Assembly: GCA_963835065.1 (NCBI GenBank)
Contig: CAWIEK010000049.1
Coordinates: forward strand, 729,146-793,145
Direction of reading: 5' to 3'
Source: an uncultured Chthonomonadaceae bacterium
GTDB lineage: Bacteria; Armatimonadota; Chthonomonadetes; Chthonomonadales; Chthonomonadaceae
Length of the DNA stretch: 64,000 nucleotides
Shown here: positions 43,368-52,743 of the stretch, in pieces
Numbering within the stretch: the first letter of the stretch is position 1
Layout: the number at the start of each line of letters is the position of its first letter
Made by a program: the position numbers and the translations under genes
The notes under the pieces: model-generated
The model's database searches: none
What the model was told of the DNA's origin: nothing
What the model saw: only the letters and a program-made list of their open reading frames with translations

Positions 43368-43532
43368 TCATTCTCCCCTAAAATCAATTTCATTGCGCGG
43401 TGGTAAACAAAACAATGCCCGTTCCCAATAGTATACCTTGCAGTATACCTTGTATGGACGGGCATTGCTTTCCATTATTAGCAGAATGGAGCCGTAAATG
43501 CAGGGTTTACGGACGGCAAGAGTGCAAATTGT

Positions 43533-43820
43533 TCAACTGTGAACGAGTTCTAAGGGCGTCGCTGCCCGTTCCGAGGTGTCCTTGTTCGGGATTCTGCTGT
43601 CGTCCGGGGTGTCATTGCGCAGTACGCGCAGCAGCAGGCGCGGATTGCCCGGCGCGAGTTCCGGCAGAAAGGTTCCGCCGCAGCGCTCACAGCGAATGTA
43701 CCCGCCGCCGATGTCCTGGCGCAGCACCTGATTGCTGTCGCCAGAGCGTGTGTGGTCGCAGTAGTGCGTCAAAATCTGCTGCCAGGCTCGATTTTCCAAT
43801 GTCCATCGTCCCATATCCAT
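43533..43820 (-). CDS. hypothetical protein with CDH...CERC motif
   Basis: Strong SD GGAGG upstream; possible zinc ribbon. Confidence 0.5.
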   Translation of the reverse strand: MDMGRWTLENRAWQQILTHYCDHTRSGDSNQVLRQDIGGGYIRCERCGGTFLPELAPGNPRLLLRVLRNDTPDDSRIPNKDTSERAATPLELVHS

Positions 43821-44132
43821 CACGCCTCCTGTCCTCCAAACATTTCCTTCAGGAAGCGGCACTGCCGCCAACTGAAAGGGGTTGCCGCAAAACGAGCCAA
43901 AGCCCGCGTCACAGTAATAGTACCATTTTTATAGACGCTTGATACCGCCAAATTGCTTCTTTATTTTTCAGAATCGTGAAAAATATCCGAGCATCGGTAA
44001 ACGATGGTATGGATAGAATTTAAAACGATCTAAATACGACAGGGTATGCCCTGTTTTAGGGCGAAAGTAAGCGCAGGCCATCCAAATACAGGTGTTCTCC
44101 GGGGTTGCGCGTAGTTTTCACGTTCAATCGGC

Positions 44133-44161
44133 TTGACACACTCCGCAGAACCTGCTACACT
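44133..44161 (+). promoter_or_regulatory. sigma70 promoter of the riboswitch transcript
   Basis: TTGACA-N17-TACACT. Confidence 0.75.
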
Positions 44162-44186
44162 ATCCTCACAACTTTATAGCGTTTAT

Positions 44187-44371
44187 TCGCAGGAGCCGCG
44201 ATCTAAAGCGCGGCTGAAATATGGGGGAAGCCCGGCGTAATTCCGGCACAGTCCCGCTGCGGTGAGACGATTGACGATTGACGATTGACGATTGACGATT
44301 AAGAGAATTCTCCTAATCGAAAATCGAAAATCGAAAATCGAAAATCGCCGAGTCCGAATGCCCGCCTGCGA
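44187..44371 (+). ncRNA. cobalamin riboswitch with tandem-repeat hairpin insert
   Basis: P1 TCGCAGG/CCTGCGA; GGGAA-GCCCGGCGTAATTCCGGC-ACAGTCCCGCTGCGGTGA; B12-box-like GAGTCCGAATGCCCGCC. Confidence 0.85.
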
Positions 44372-44636
44372 CGCATCACTGGAGGCCCTTCGAGAGAAAG
44401 GGGTGATGGAACTTTGCCGGGACGCGGCTGCCTGGCAGCCTGCGTACCGACTCTGCGCGTCCGCACCTGCCATCCATGACTACTTCATTGGATGGTTTTT
44501 TGGTGCCTGCTTTCGCCGGTTTTGGCCGCGCGGCAAGCAAGCGCGTTTTGCGCTGCCGAACATCCGCGTCGGCCTGCGCTTCCTCTCCTCTCCCGCTCCG
44601 TCGCCGTCTCACGACCCCACTCAGGAGCGAACGTTC

Positions 44637-45494
44637 ATGGTAGACAGACTACAGGGAACAGGGAACAGGGAACAGGGAACAGGAGAAGATTCATCCTTCA
44701 TCCTTCATCCTTCATCCTTCCAAAGTCCCAATACCCAACACCCAACACCCAACACCGGCTTTACCCTCATCGAGTTGCTCGTGGTGATCGCGATTATCGC
44801 GATTCTTGCGGCCATTTTGTTTCCGGTCTTTGCCTCGGCGCGGGAAAAGGCGCGGCAGGCGGGCTGCCAATCCAACCTGCGGCAGATCGGCATCGCCACG
44901 CAGATGTACACGCAGGATTACGACGAAACGTATCCCCTCGCGCAGTACGCCGACCCGACGGGAACCCAATATTGGTTCGGGCATGGAGACAAAACAGGCG
45001 GAACGACGACCTACGACAAAACGCTGGGGCTGCTTTATCCCTACACCAAAAATCATCAGATACAACGCTGCCCAAGCTGGGCGGGCAAAGCGAAGTTTGG
45101 GGATGGCAACGGGTACGGCTACAACTGGGGCTACATCGGCTCGGATTTGGGCGTTACGTCCGATTACTCCACCTGGCCGACGCTGAAAAATCCGGCGTCG
45201 CTGGCGTCGCTGTCCGCGCCCGCTTCCAAAATCCTGTTTGCGGATTCGGGCTACGTGGACGTTCCCTGGTATGGCGGGAGTGGCGACGTGGTGGAAACGC
45301 CGTTTATTGACCCCCCGAAAAGCTGGTACGGCAACCCCACGATGGACTTCCGCCATGTGGACAACCGCAAGGTTCTGGATGCCGCCAAGCAAACCGTCAC
45401 GCATCAGGGCTTCGCCGATGTCGTGTGGGCGGACGGCCACGTCAAAGCGCTGAAGCAGTCCGTCGTCACCGATGCGATGTTTACGCGGGATTAA
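44637..45494 (+). CDS. prepilin-type / DUF1559 / H-X9-DG protein, riboswitch-preceded
   Basis: AGGAG + ATG at 44637; [23 protein letters not shown]; repeat-derived leader. Confidence 0.9.
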   Translation: MVDRLQGTGNREQGTGEDSSFILHPSSFQSPNTQHPTPNTGFTLIELLVVIAIIAILAAILFPVFASAREKARQAGCQSNLRQIGIATQMYTQDYDETYPLAQYADPTGTQYWFGHGDKTGGTTTYDKTLGLLYPYTKNHQIQRCPSWAGKAKFGDGNGYGYNWGYIGSDLGVTSDYSTWPTLKNPASLASLSAPASKILFADSGYVDVPWYGGSGDVVETPFIDPPKSWYGNPTMDFRHVDNRKVLDAAKQTVTHQGFADVVWADGHVKALKQSVVTDAMFTRD

Positions 45495-45608
45495 ATAGGA
45501 GGGTGTTCAGGTGTTCAGGTGTTCGGTGTTCGGTAAATGCGTAATGTCGTATGACTCGCATGAATACTGAACACCTGAACACCTGAACACCTGAATACCG
45601 AGAATGCC

Positions 45609-45836
45609 ATGTCTGAAAACAAACCCGTGCGCGCCTGCTTGTGCTATCCACGCGCTTTTGTGGAGTTGAAGGCGCTGGCGGACGCGCAGGGATGGACCAC
45701 TGTTGCTGAGATTAGCCGCGCCGTCGGCTGTGGCAGTGGCTGTGGCCTGTGCCGCCCGTATCTGGCGGCAATGCTCCGCACGGGCGAAACAGCCTTCGCC
45801 GTCCTGCCGCCCGAAGAACGCGATAGCGCAGAGTGA
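45609..45836 (+). CDS. BFD-like (2Fe-2S)-binding protein
   Basis: CLC...GCGSGCGLCRPY. Confidence 0.85.
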   Translation: MSENKPVRACLCYPRAFVELKALADAQGWTTVAEISRAVGCGSGCGLCRPYLAAMLRTGETAFAVLPPEERDSAE

Positions 45837-45845
45837 ATTTTTCCT

Positions 45846-45882
45846 GCATAGATTGTTTTCTGCTTGAGATTTGTGTTATACT
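45846..45882 (+). promoter_or_regulatory. conserved promoter/operator, copy 1
   Basis: GCATAGATTGTTTTCTGCTTGAGATTTGTGTTATACT; near copy at 48787; extended -10. Confidence 0.7.
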
Positions 45883-45990
45883 CTTTCAGGAAAGCGGCAG
45901 GAACTGCCTTTTGCCCTGCGTTCGCGCTCTCATGTTTTCTTCACACGACGGATTTATTCTTCACACTGTCATACTGGAAAGAATAGTTAC

Positions 45991-47058
45991 ATGGCTCTTT
46001 CTCCTACCTTGCGAACCGTGCTGGCTGTCATCGGCGGCCTTGCCGTGCTGGGACTGCTTCGCTATAAACCCTGGCAGCATAGCGCTAACAGCGATTTGAA
46101 TATCGGCACAACTCCTGAGAAGGGGATGCGGCAAAGTTTGGAAGTGGCGTATGTGCCTGTTACCTGCCATCTCACTTGCCCGGTCACGGACTTTGCTTCC
46201 AAAACCAGCACGACAGGCACGCGCTTCGATGCCCTGCGCTTTTCGGAATTTCCGACCATTGTGGAAGGCATACGCGGCAAGAAAATTCAGGCGGGCTTTC
46301 TGACCGTGCCGCTTGCCATGAAATTGCGCGAACAGGGGCTTCCTATTAAAATCTGCTGCCTGGGACACCGAGATGGGTCGGAAGTGACCATTCGCAAGGA
46401 CAACCCGGCCAAAACCCTGCGAGATATGAAGGGCAAAACCATTGCGATACCGAGTCCGCTTAGTAACGAAAACTTCTTTGTGCGCAAGCTGATGGAACAG
46501 CAGGGAATGCAACCCGACGACATTAAGTTCGTCGTTCTGCCCCCGCCTGATATGCCCGGCGCGCTGGCGTCGGGAGCGATTGACGGCTTTGTGGTCGCGG
46601 AACCGTTTTGCTCCAAAGCCGAATTGGACGGGTCGGGGCGTGTGCTTTATTTTGCCAAAGACATCTGGCCGCACTATATTTCCTGCGCCCTGATCGTGCA
46701 TGAAGACTTAATCAAGGAGCATCCTGAGATTGTCCGGGACCTGGTGCGTGGCATTACCGAATCGGGGGAATGGACGGAAACCCATCGTGCCGACGCCGCC
46801 AAAATCGTCGCGCCCTACTTCCAGCAGAACGAAAAACTGGTCAACTATGTTCTCACGCAGCCCCCTACCCGCGTCAGCTACCGGATGCTCAACCCCACGG
46901 ACGCCGAACTGCAAAAAATCATGGACATGGGATTGCAGCTAGGGATGCTGACGAAACGAACGCCTATTAGTGACCTGCTGGATCGCAGTTTTATCCCTGC
47001 CGACATCCACCCCGCCAACATTGACATGAGTCAGGCGGCGCGGGCGGGGAAACTTTGA
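45991..47058 (+). CDS. NitT/TauT-type ABC substrate-binding protein with CHLTC motif
   Basis: LGHRDGS, MKGKTIAIP, PPDMPGAL, VAEPF, WPHYISC. Confidence 0.85.
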   Translation: MALSPTLRTVLAVIGGLAVLGLLRYKPWQHSANSDLNIGTTPEKGMRQSLEVAYVPVTCHLTCPVTDFASKTSTTGTRFDALRFSEFPTIVEGIRGKKIQAGFLTVPLAMKLREQGLPIKICCLGHRDGSEVTIRKDNPAKTLRDMKGKTIAIPSPLSNENFFVRKLMEQQGMQPDDIKFVVLPPPDMPGALASGAIDGFVVAEPFCSKAELDGSGRVLYFAKDIWPHYISCALIVHEDLIKEHPEIVRDLVRGITESGEWTETHRADAAKIVAPYFQQNEKLVNYVLTQPPTRVSYRMLNPTDAELQKIMDMGLQLGMLTKRTPISDLLDRSFIPADIHPANIDMSQAARAGKL

Positions 47059-47134
47059 GTCGGTTCGCTTGCATCGCGCATTTCGCCTTTTCCAAATTCG
47101 TTCGACTTTTCTAAAGTTAATTGATGAGGTTGCA

Positions 47135-47854
47135 ATGACGACGCCTTATAACTTGCAAACACAGTTAGGCTTGCAGCGTTCTCCTGTCGCGGTTGGTTTT
47201 TTTGACAGCCCGCCCGCCGATGTGCCGCCCTGGAATGGCCCGCCCGTTGCGGCAGGCTGCGTTTTCTGGAAGGAAGCGCAGGAAGGTAAAACGTTCTGCA
47301 CGGCTGCCGCCGATCATTACAATTGCGCGGTTGGAGCGCATACGCATCATATTGCCCTGCCACCGGAACGCGGCGTGGAGTTGGAACAAACGGTGCAATT
47401 CATGGTTTCCAACGATTACATCGCGCTTGCGGAAGTGCCCAGCATCCCTACGCTTTCTAAAACTCCTGCTTTTATCGCCTACGCCCCGGCGGAAACAGCC
47501 CCGTTTCTACCGGATGTTGTGGTTGTGGCCGCCCGCCCCGGACAAGCCATGCTGATTTATGAGGCGGCTATTCAAATTGGCGTTGGCAACGCGGTGATGG
47601 ACCTGCTTGGCCGTCCCGGCTGCGCGGTTCTGCCGATGGCGCTAAACGGCGGCGGGGCGGCTTTGTCTCTGGGCTGCAAGGGCAATCGCACGTTTACGGG
47701 ACTGCCGGATGAAGAAATGTATCTCGCCATTCCCGGCCAGCATTGGGAAGCGGTCTGTGGGCATCTGGCTTCCGTTCAGACTGCCAACGCAAACATGGAA
47801 ACTTACTACAACGGGCGTAAACTGGCTTTCAGCGCACCCCTTGAACCGAGATAA
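47135..47854 (+). CDS. DUF169 domain protein
   Basis: SPVAVGF, AGCVFW, CAVG, PDVVVV, PGC, SLGCKGNR. Confidence 0.8.
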   Translation: MTTPYNLQTQLGLQRSPVAVGFFDSPPADVPPWNGPPVAAGCVFWKEAQEGKTFCTAAADHYNCAVGAHTHHIALPPERGVELEQTVQFMVSNDYIALAEVPSIPTLSKTPAFIAYAPAETAPFLPDVVVVAARPGQAMLIYEAAIQIGVGNAVMDLLGRPGCAVLPMALNGGGAALSLGCKGNRTFTGLPDEEMYLAIPGQHWEAVCGHLASVQTANANMETYYNGRKLAFSAPLEPR

Positions 47855-47909
47855 GGCTGCTTGCAAACAAGAGAACACTATTCTCAAACCCGAAAGGAAA
47901 AAGACGGAC

Positions 47910-48032
47910 ATGACGACAAAAACGAAAGCCATTCTGCTGCGGCTTGTATACGGCGCTCTGGCGGTGTACGCCTACTTCGGAGGCCGTTGCCCCGCGCAAG
48001 GCTGCCCCGCCTGCCGAATGGTAGGAAAATAG
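47910..48032 (+). CDS. 40-aa membrane-anchored Cys-rich peptide
   Basis: AAAGGA SD; MTTKTKAILLRLVYGALAVYAYFGGRCPAQGCPACRMVGK. Confidence 0.45.
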   Translation: MTTKTKAILLRLVYGALAVYAYFGGRCPAQGCPACRMVGK

Positions 48033-48115
48033 CGCGGAAATGACAAAGCCGCGGATGCTTCTGTGTTCATGCAGAGGAGCATCGGCGGCTACAACCCTGT
48101 AACAGGGCGCAACTT

Positions 48116-48727
48116 ATGTCCATACCCGAAAATGACAGCAATTCCCTGCCGCCCGGTGTCCCGCCGGAAGCCGCCGCCTTTTTGCAGGAAATCGGCTACT
48201 TTCAGCCGGATCGCCTGCAAACAGGAGACGCTTCGCCACGCCTCCATCTAAAAAGCCTCAACACAGATGAGACTGTCGAAATCGGAAATCCAAACGCCGC
48301 GCTGCCGACGGTGTTGATCTTCGGCAGCTATACGTGACCCCCTTTTCGGCGTCAGGCAGGTCGCCTGGAACAACTCTACCGGCAATTCAAGCATCAAGCG
48401 GACTTCTACGTGGTTTACATCCGCGAAGCGCATCCCACCGATGGCTGGCAACTGGCGTCCAATTTGGAAGAGCAAGTTCTGTATGCGCAGACACAGACGT
48501 TTATACAGCGCCGGGACGTAGCAAACGCCTGCGTCGTCGGCCTGCGCCTGTCCATCCCCACCCTCATAGACACACTGGACAATCAGGCCGACCTTGCATT
48601 CAACGGATGGCCGGAACGCTTGTATGTTGTTTCGCCCACAGGCGAAGTCGCGTATCAGGGCGGCAAAGGTCCCTACGGCTTCGATCCCGAAGAACTGGAC
48701 GCTTTTCTTCAATCCTACCTCGCCTGA
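48116..48727 (+). CDS. iodothyronine deiodinase-like selenoprotein (Sec at TGA 48335-48337)
   Basis: IFGSYT-U-PPF...VYIREAHPTDGW...PERLY in one frame; SECIS-like hairpin CAGGC-AGGTC-GCCTG at 48353-48367. Confidence 0.92.
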
Positions 48728-48786
48728 TCTTTCACCTCAACAAGCCTGTAGTTCCTGCCATGAAAAATTTATAGACAAATCTTTGC

Positions 48787-48822
48787 GCATAGATTGTTTT
48801 TTGCTTGAAACCGTGTTATAAT
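48787..48822 (+). promoter_or_regulatory. conserved promoter/operator, copy 2
   Basis: GCATAGATTGTTTTTTGCTTGAAACCGTGTTATAAT. Confidence 0.7.
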
Positions 48823-48934
48823 GCCTGAGAACACTCGGTTCGCCTGCAATCCTCATTCTTATTCGGAGAACTTTTTGGTTCGCCCGAAGACGTTTTGCTT
48901 TTTGGCGCATTGGAGCGCGAAAGGAATCCTCGTT

Positions 48935-49765
48935 ATGAAACGTTTGCGCAGCGGTTTCACTCTCATCGAGCTGCTTGTGGTTATTGCCATTATCGCTATT
49001 TTAGCGGCTATTCTGTTCCCGGTTTTCGCGCAGGCTCGCGCCAAAGCCCGCCAGACTTCCTGCCTGTCCAACAACAAGCAGATCGGCTTGGCGGTTCTGA
49101 TGTACGCGCAGGATTACGATGAAACCCTGCCCTATGCGGCGCTTAACCCGACGGGACTGCCGCTGGTAATGTGGTACGATCTGGTGGAACCCTATGTGAA
49201 ATCCTCCACCAAAGGCGTGTTTAATCCTGTTTCCGGCCCGGCGGGGCGCGCGTTTGCGCCGTTCTGGGTGTGCCCGGATTTCCAGAACAACGCTGTTCCC
49301 ATGCAGCCGGGTGATCCCGCCCCGGTCGCGTTTCCCGCAGGGCAGCTTGACTCCGGCATGAGCTACGTTACCAACGGCAATGTCATGCCGATGTTTTATT
49401 CGCCCCTGCCCAACCCGTTCCCCGGCTCCATTACCGGGCTGGCTTCCATTCAGTCGTCCGCTTCCGTGGTGCTGGCGACGCATGGCATGGGCGTTCGCCC
49501 GGCGATTGCCGGGGACGATTGGACATCCGGCTGTACGGGCGCGGAAACAGGGTTCCCTCCCGTTCCCAATCAGGCCATCACCAACGCCGGCGTTTACTGC
49601 GCCGCGCGCTATCGTCACAATGGCGGGACGATCTCCATTCTGGCGGATGGCCACGCCAAATGGTTCGCCGGGCCGCGCAACTCCTGGCGGTCGCGCAGCA
49701 CGTCGGGCCTGGCCTGGAGGAAGTCGCTGGCTCCCAACGCCCAAGCCTGGTTCCGGGAGGATTGA
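48935..49765 (+). CDS. prepilin-type / DUF1559 / H-X9-DG protein
   Basis: [23 protein letters not shown]. Confidence 0.92.
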   Translation: MKRLRSGFTLIELLVVIAIIAILAAILFPVFAQARAKARQTSCLSNNKQIGLAVLMYAQDYDETLPYAALNPTGLPLVMWYDLVEPYVKSSTKGVFNPVSGPAGRAFAPFWVCPDFQNNAVPMQPGDPAPVAFPAGQLDSGMSYVTNGNVMPMFYSPLPNPFPGSITGLASIQSSASVVLATHGMGVRPAIAGDDWTSGCTGAETGFPPVPNQAITNAGVYCAARYRHNGGTISILADGHAKWFAGPRNSWRSRSTSGLAWRKSLAPNAQAWFRED

Positions 49766-49796
49766 TCGAAATTACACGCGAAAGGAGTTTTATAAT

Positions 49797-50837
49797 ATGC
49801 GCTTCCACACCATAAAAAGAACCGTACTTAGCGCAGGGCTGTGCGCTCTTGTTCTTCCTGCCACAACGCGGGCTGACAACAAAGCGACAGTGGTTTCCAG
49901 CGGCAGCCGCGTGGAATTGAAGAAAGTGTTGAAGGCGGAAGGCACGACGGTACTGCTGTTCGTCAACGATACCAGCGTGATGGAACAGCAGTTCCTGGCC
50001 GATTTGTCAAAACAATTGCCTGCCGACAAAGTGGCGCTCAATGTCGTCAAGATCAAAGACATGACGGCCCCTGCCGCGCAGCAGTACGACATCAAAGCCA
50101 CGCCCACTGCGCTGGTATATGACCGCTTCGGACGCCCGCTTGCCCGAACGTCGCAGCCGGACGAAATTCGCGCCGCCGTTCACAAGGGGCAACTGATGGC
50201 GCGAATCAAGTGGGTTGACGAGGAAGATCCCAAAGCGCCCGAAGTGTATGGCATGCCCGCCGCGCAAATACAGCGCGGAATACCCGGCATCGTCAAGACA
50301 ATGGCCTTGCGCCCGGACGCCTACCAGATGTTCAACATTATGTCGCAAATCCACTTCAGCGACGGGTTTCTCAAGCGGCGCGAACATGAGATGGTAGCCG
50401 CCTACGTTTCCGCGCTGAACAAGTGCAAGTTTTGAGTGGGTTCCCATGCTTCCGCGTTGCGGAGGCTCGGCGCGAACGAAGCGTTCGTAGATGCCATTGG
50501 AACCGGCAACATCAAAAACACCAAAGACGTTACTTTCTCTCCCGCAGACCTTGCGCTGTTGAAGTTCGTGAAGCTGCTGACGCTCACTCCCGCCGAAACG
50601 CAGGATGCGGACGTGCAGGCAATGCGCGACGCGAATTGGACGGACGAGCAAATATGGGAAGTTTGCCTGGAAGTCGGTATCTTCTCCTTCCTCAACCGCA
50701 TGGCCGACGCGCACGGCCTGGATTATCCGACTACGGGCTGGCTTCCGCCACAAATACGCCCCAAGACGCCGGACGGCAACAATACCCCTCCCCCTAATCC
50801 CGCTCCGGGCGCGGCCAAACAACCGCCGCCCAACTGA
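49797..50837 (+). CDS. secreted thioredoxin-fold + AhpD/CMD-like selenoprotein (Sec at TGA 50433-50435)
   Basis: Signal peptide; YDIKATPT; HEMVAAYVSALNKCKF-U-VGSH; in-frame continuation LLKFVKLLT...FSFLNRMADAHG. Confidence 0.88.
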
Positions 50838-50949
50838 GAAGCGGATGAAGATATAAGCGCGTGGACGGCCTACTGCACATCGGAGGCCGTCCTTTTATCA
50901 ACCCTGAAAGTACGCAAGTACAGGAAAGTACCGGAAATTGCGCGCATGT

Positions 50950-50978
50950 TTGACACGCCCCGGCTCCTCTGGTATAAT
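50950..50978 (+). promoter_or_regulatory. sigma70 promoter of the S41 pair
   Basis: Exact TTGACA-N17-TATAAT. Confidence 0.8.
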
Positions 50979-51104
50979 GCAACCACCTACTTTTCACTTC
51001 GCCTGATTTCGCAATGTTTTCCGCGCGCAGATGCTGCGCCCCAATTATGCAAGCGACGCGCCGCCCTGTGCCGTCGCTGTATTTCGTTTCCGAGTAGGCA
51101 GAAG

Positions 51105-51211
51105 AGGCATTAGGCATTAGGCATTAGGCATTAGATACAAGGTAGAAGATAAAAGCCTGAACCTGAATTCCAACTGAGTATCTAATGCCTAATGCCTAAT
51201 GCCTAATGCCT
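51105..51211. repeat. (AGGCATT)n-loop-(AATGCCT)n hairpin element
   Basis: Inverted heptamer arms; loop is the reverse-complement homolog of the loop at 52647-52696. Confidence 0.9.
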
Positions 51212-51228
51212 ACCCGTGGAGGCTTATC

Positions 51229-52626
51229 GTGGCGCAATCTTTGAAGCGCATTTTGACGCTGCTGCTGCTGGTGTGTGTGGTTTCCGGCGCGTTTTTCGTC
51301 GGGCGCACACTGGGAGCCAATAATCCTTCCACGCCTCTCCTGCATGGCCTGGTTGCCGCCGGCAAGCGCGCCGCCATTCCGCTCGGCATTATCCCCAACC
51401 CCCCCAACTCGCAGGACACTGCTTCTGATGTGCCGCCTGGTGAAGTGTTTGAGGAAGCGCTATCGAACGTGCAGCGCAACTTTGTCGAGATCAACGACCT
51501 TCCTCCCGGCAAGCTGGACAACAGCGCCATCGCGCAAATGTACGCCGCGCTTGGCGACCCCAAAACTCACGCGCTCACCCCGGAACGGCGCAAAGCGCGT
51601 CAGGATGCGCTGTCTGGACAGTACGCAGGTATCGGCGCGACCCTGGCGGTCACGCGCACCAAAAAAGCCGATGTGGATTACAGCCATCTTACCGTTGTAG
51701 ATGTTATGCCCGGCAGCCCGGCGGAAAAAGCGGGGCTGCGCTCCGGCGACCACATCACCGAAATTGACAACCACTGGATCATCAATTACACGATTTATGC
51801 CGACGCGGACCGCATTTCCCGCGACAAGAACAAGGACGAGACGGCCCGCAATCAGGAGATTCGACAGGTTGAGCAGAAGTTCAAATCCGGGATTTCGTTG
51901 TCCCGCGTTTTGGACAGGCTGGAACTTGGCGAAGGCAAAACATACGCGCTGACGGTGGAACGGGCGGGGCAGGTTAATCCCCTGAAAGTTTCCATAATGA
52001 CAGCGCAAACGCAGGTTGACCCGGTGGAATACAAAGTCGTCGGGAGTAAAATCGGCTATCTGCGCATCCGCCAGTTCAACAGCCGCGCCACGGACGAGTT
52101 CGAGGCCGCGTTGAGCAAGGCTGAAAATGTCAGAGGGCTGATCGTGGATTTGCGGCAGAACCCCGGCGGCGTCACGGCGGAAGCGCGTACCGGCGTGGAT
52201 GGTTATACGTCCGCGAAAAGACTGATTGCCCGTCTGACCGGGGGCGGCAATGTCGCTGTTTTGGAGCGCAAGCCCAAACAACGCGAAACGCTGCTCCTCC
52301 CGCTTTCGGCTGTCCATCCCAAATTTCCTCTTGTTGTCCTGGTGGACGGCGGAACGGCCAATCTAGCGGAACTGACGGCTTCCGCCCTGCGCGACGCGGG
52401 CAAAGCGCGGCTTGTGGGCGAACATACGTTCGGCGATAACGTCCTGCAACTGTTCGCCCTGCTCAAAAACGGCGCGGGCGTCGAACTGACCACCGCCCAT
52501 CTATTTACCGCGCATGGCGTAGATTTAGCGCGCGGCCTGGACCCGGACATATCTGTCATCAATGCGGGCGCACAGGACGATGCTCTTGCCCGCGCGCTGG
52601 AAGAGGCATTAGGCATTAGGCATTAG
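51229..52626 (+). CDS. S41/CtpA-like PDZ protein lacking catalytic residues
   Basis: GSPAEKAGL, IVDLRQNPGG, but TANLAE and TFGDN replace SASASE and T(Y/F)GKG. Confidence 0.85.
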   Translation: MAQSLKRILTLLLLVCVVSGAFFVGRTLGANNPSTPLLHGLVAAGKRAAIPLGIIPNPPNSQDTASDVPPGEVFEEALSNVQRNFVEINDLPPGKLDNSAIAQMYAALGDPKTHALTPERRKARQDALSGQYAGIGATLAVTRTKKADVDYSHLTVVDVMPGSPAEKAGLRSGDHITEIDNHWIINYTIYADADRISRDKNKDETARNQEIRQVEQKFKSGISLSRVLDRLELGEGKTYALTVERAGQVNPLKVSIMTAQTQVDPVEYKVVGSKIGYLRIRQFNSRATDEFEAALSKAENVRGLIVDLRQNPGGVTAEARTGVDGYTSAKRLIARLTGGGNVAVLERKPKQRETLLLPLSAVHPKFPLVVLVDGGTANLAELTASALRDAGKARLVGEHTFGDNVLQLFALLKNGAGVELTTAHLFTAHGVDLARGLDPDISVINAGAQDDALARALEEALGIRH

Positions 52627-52724
52627 GCATCAGGCATTAGGCATCAGGTACTCAGTTGAAAATTCGGGTTCGGGCTTGTATCTTTTACCTTATATCTAAT
52701 GCCTAATGCCTAATGCCTAATGCC
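52604..52724. repeat. (AGGCATT)n-loop-(AATGCCT)n hairpin element, inverted copy
   Basis: Overlaps the upstream stop and supplies the ALGIRH C-terminus. Confidence 0.9.
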
Positions 52725-52743
52725 CGGAGAGGTTACAACCCCA

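Noticed and set aside
44292..44636. 115-aa N-terminal extension of the prepilin ORF in the track
   Set aside because: It runs through the riboswitch; an SD-supported ATG is at 44637.
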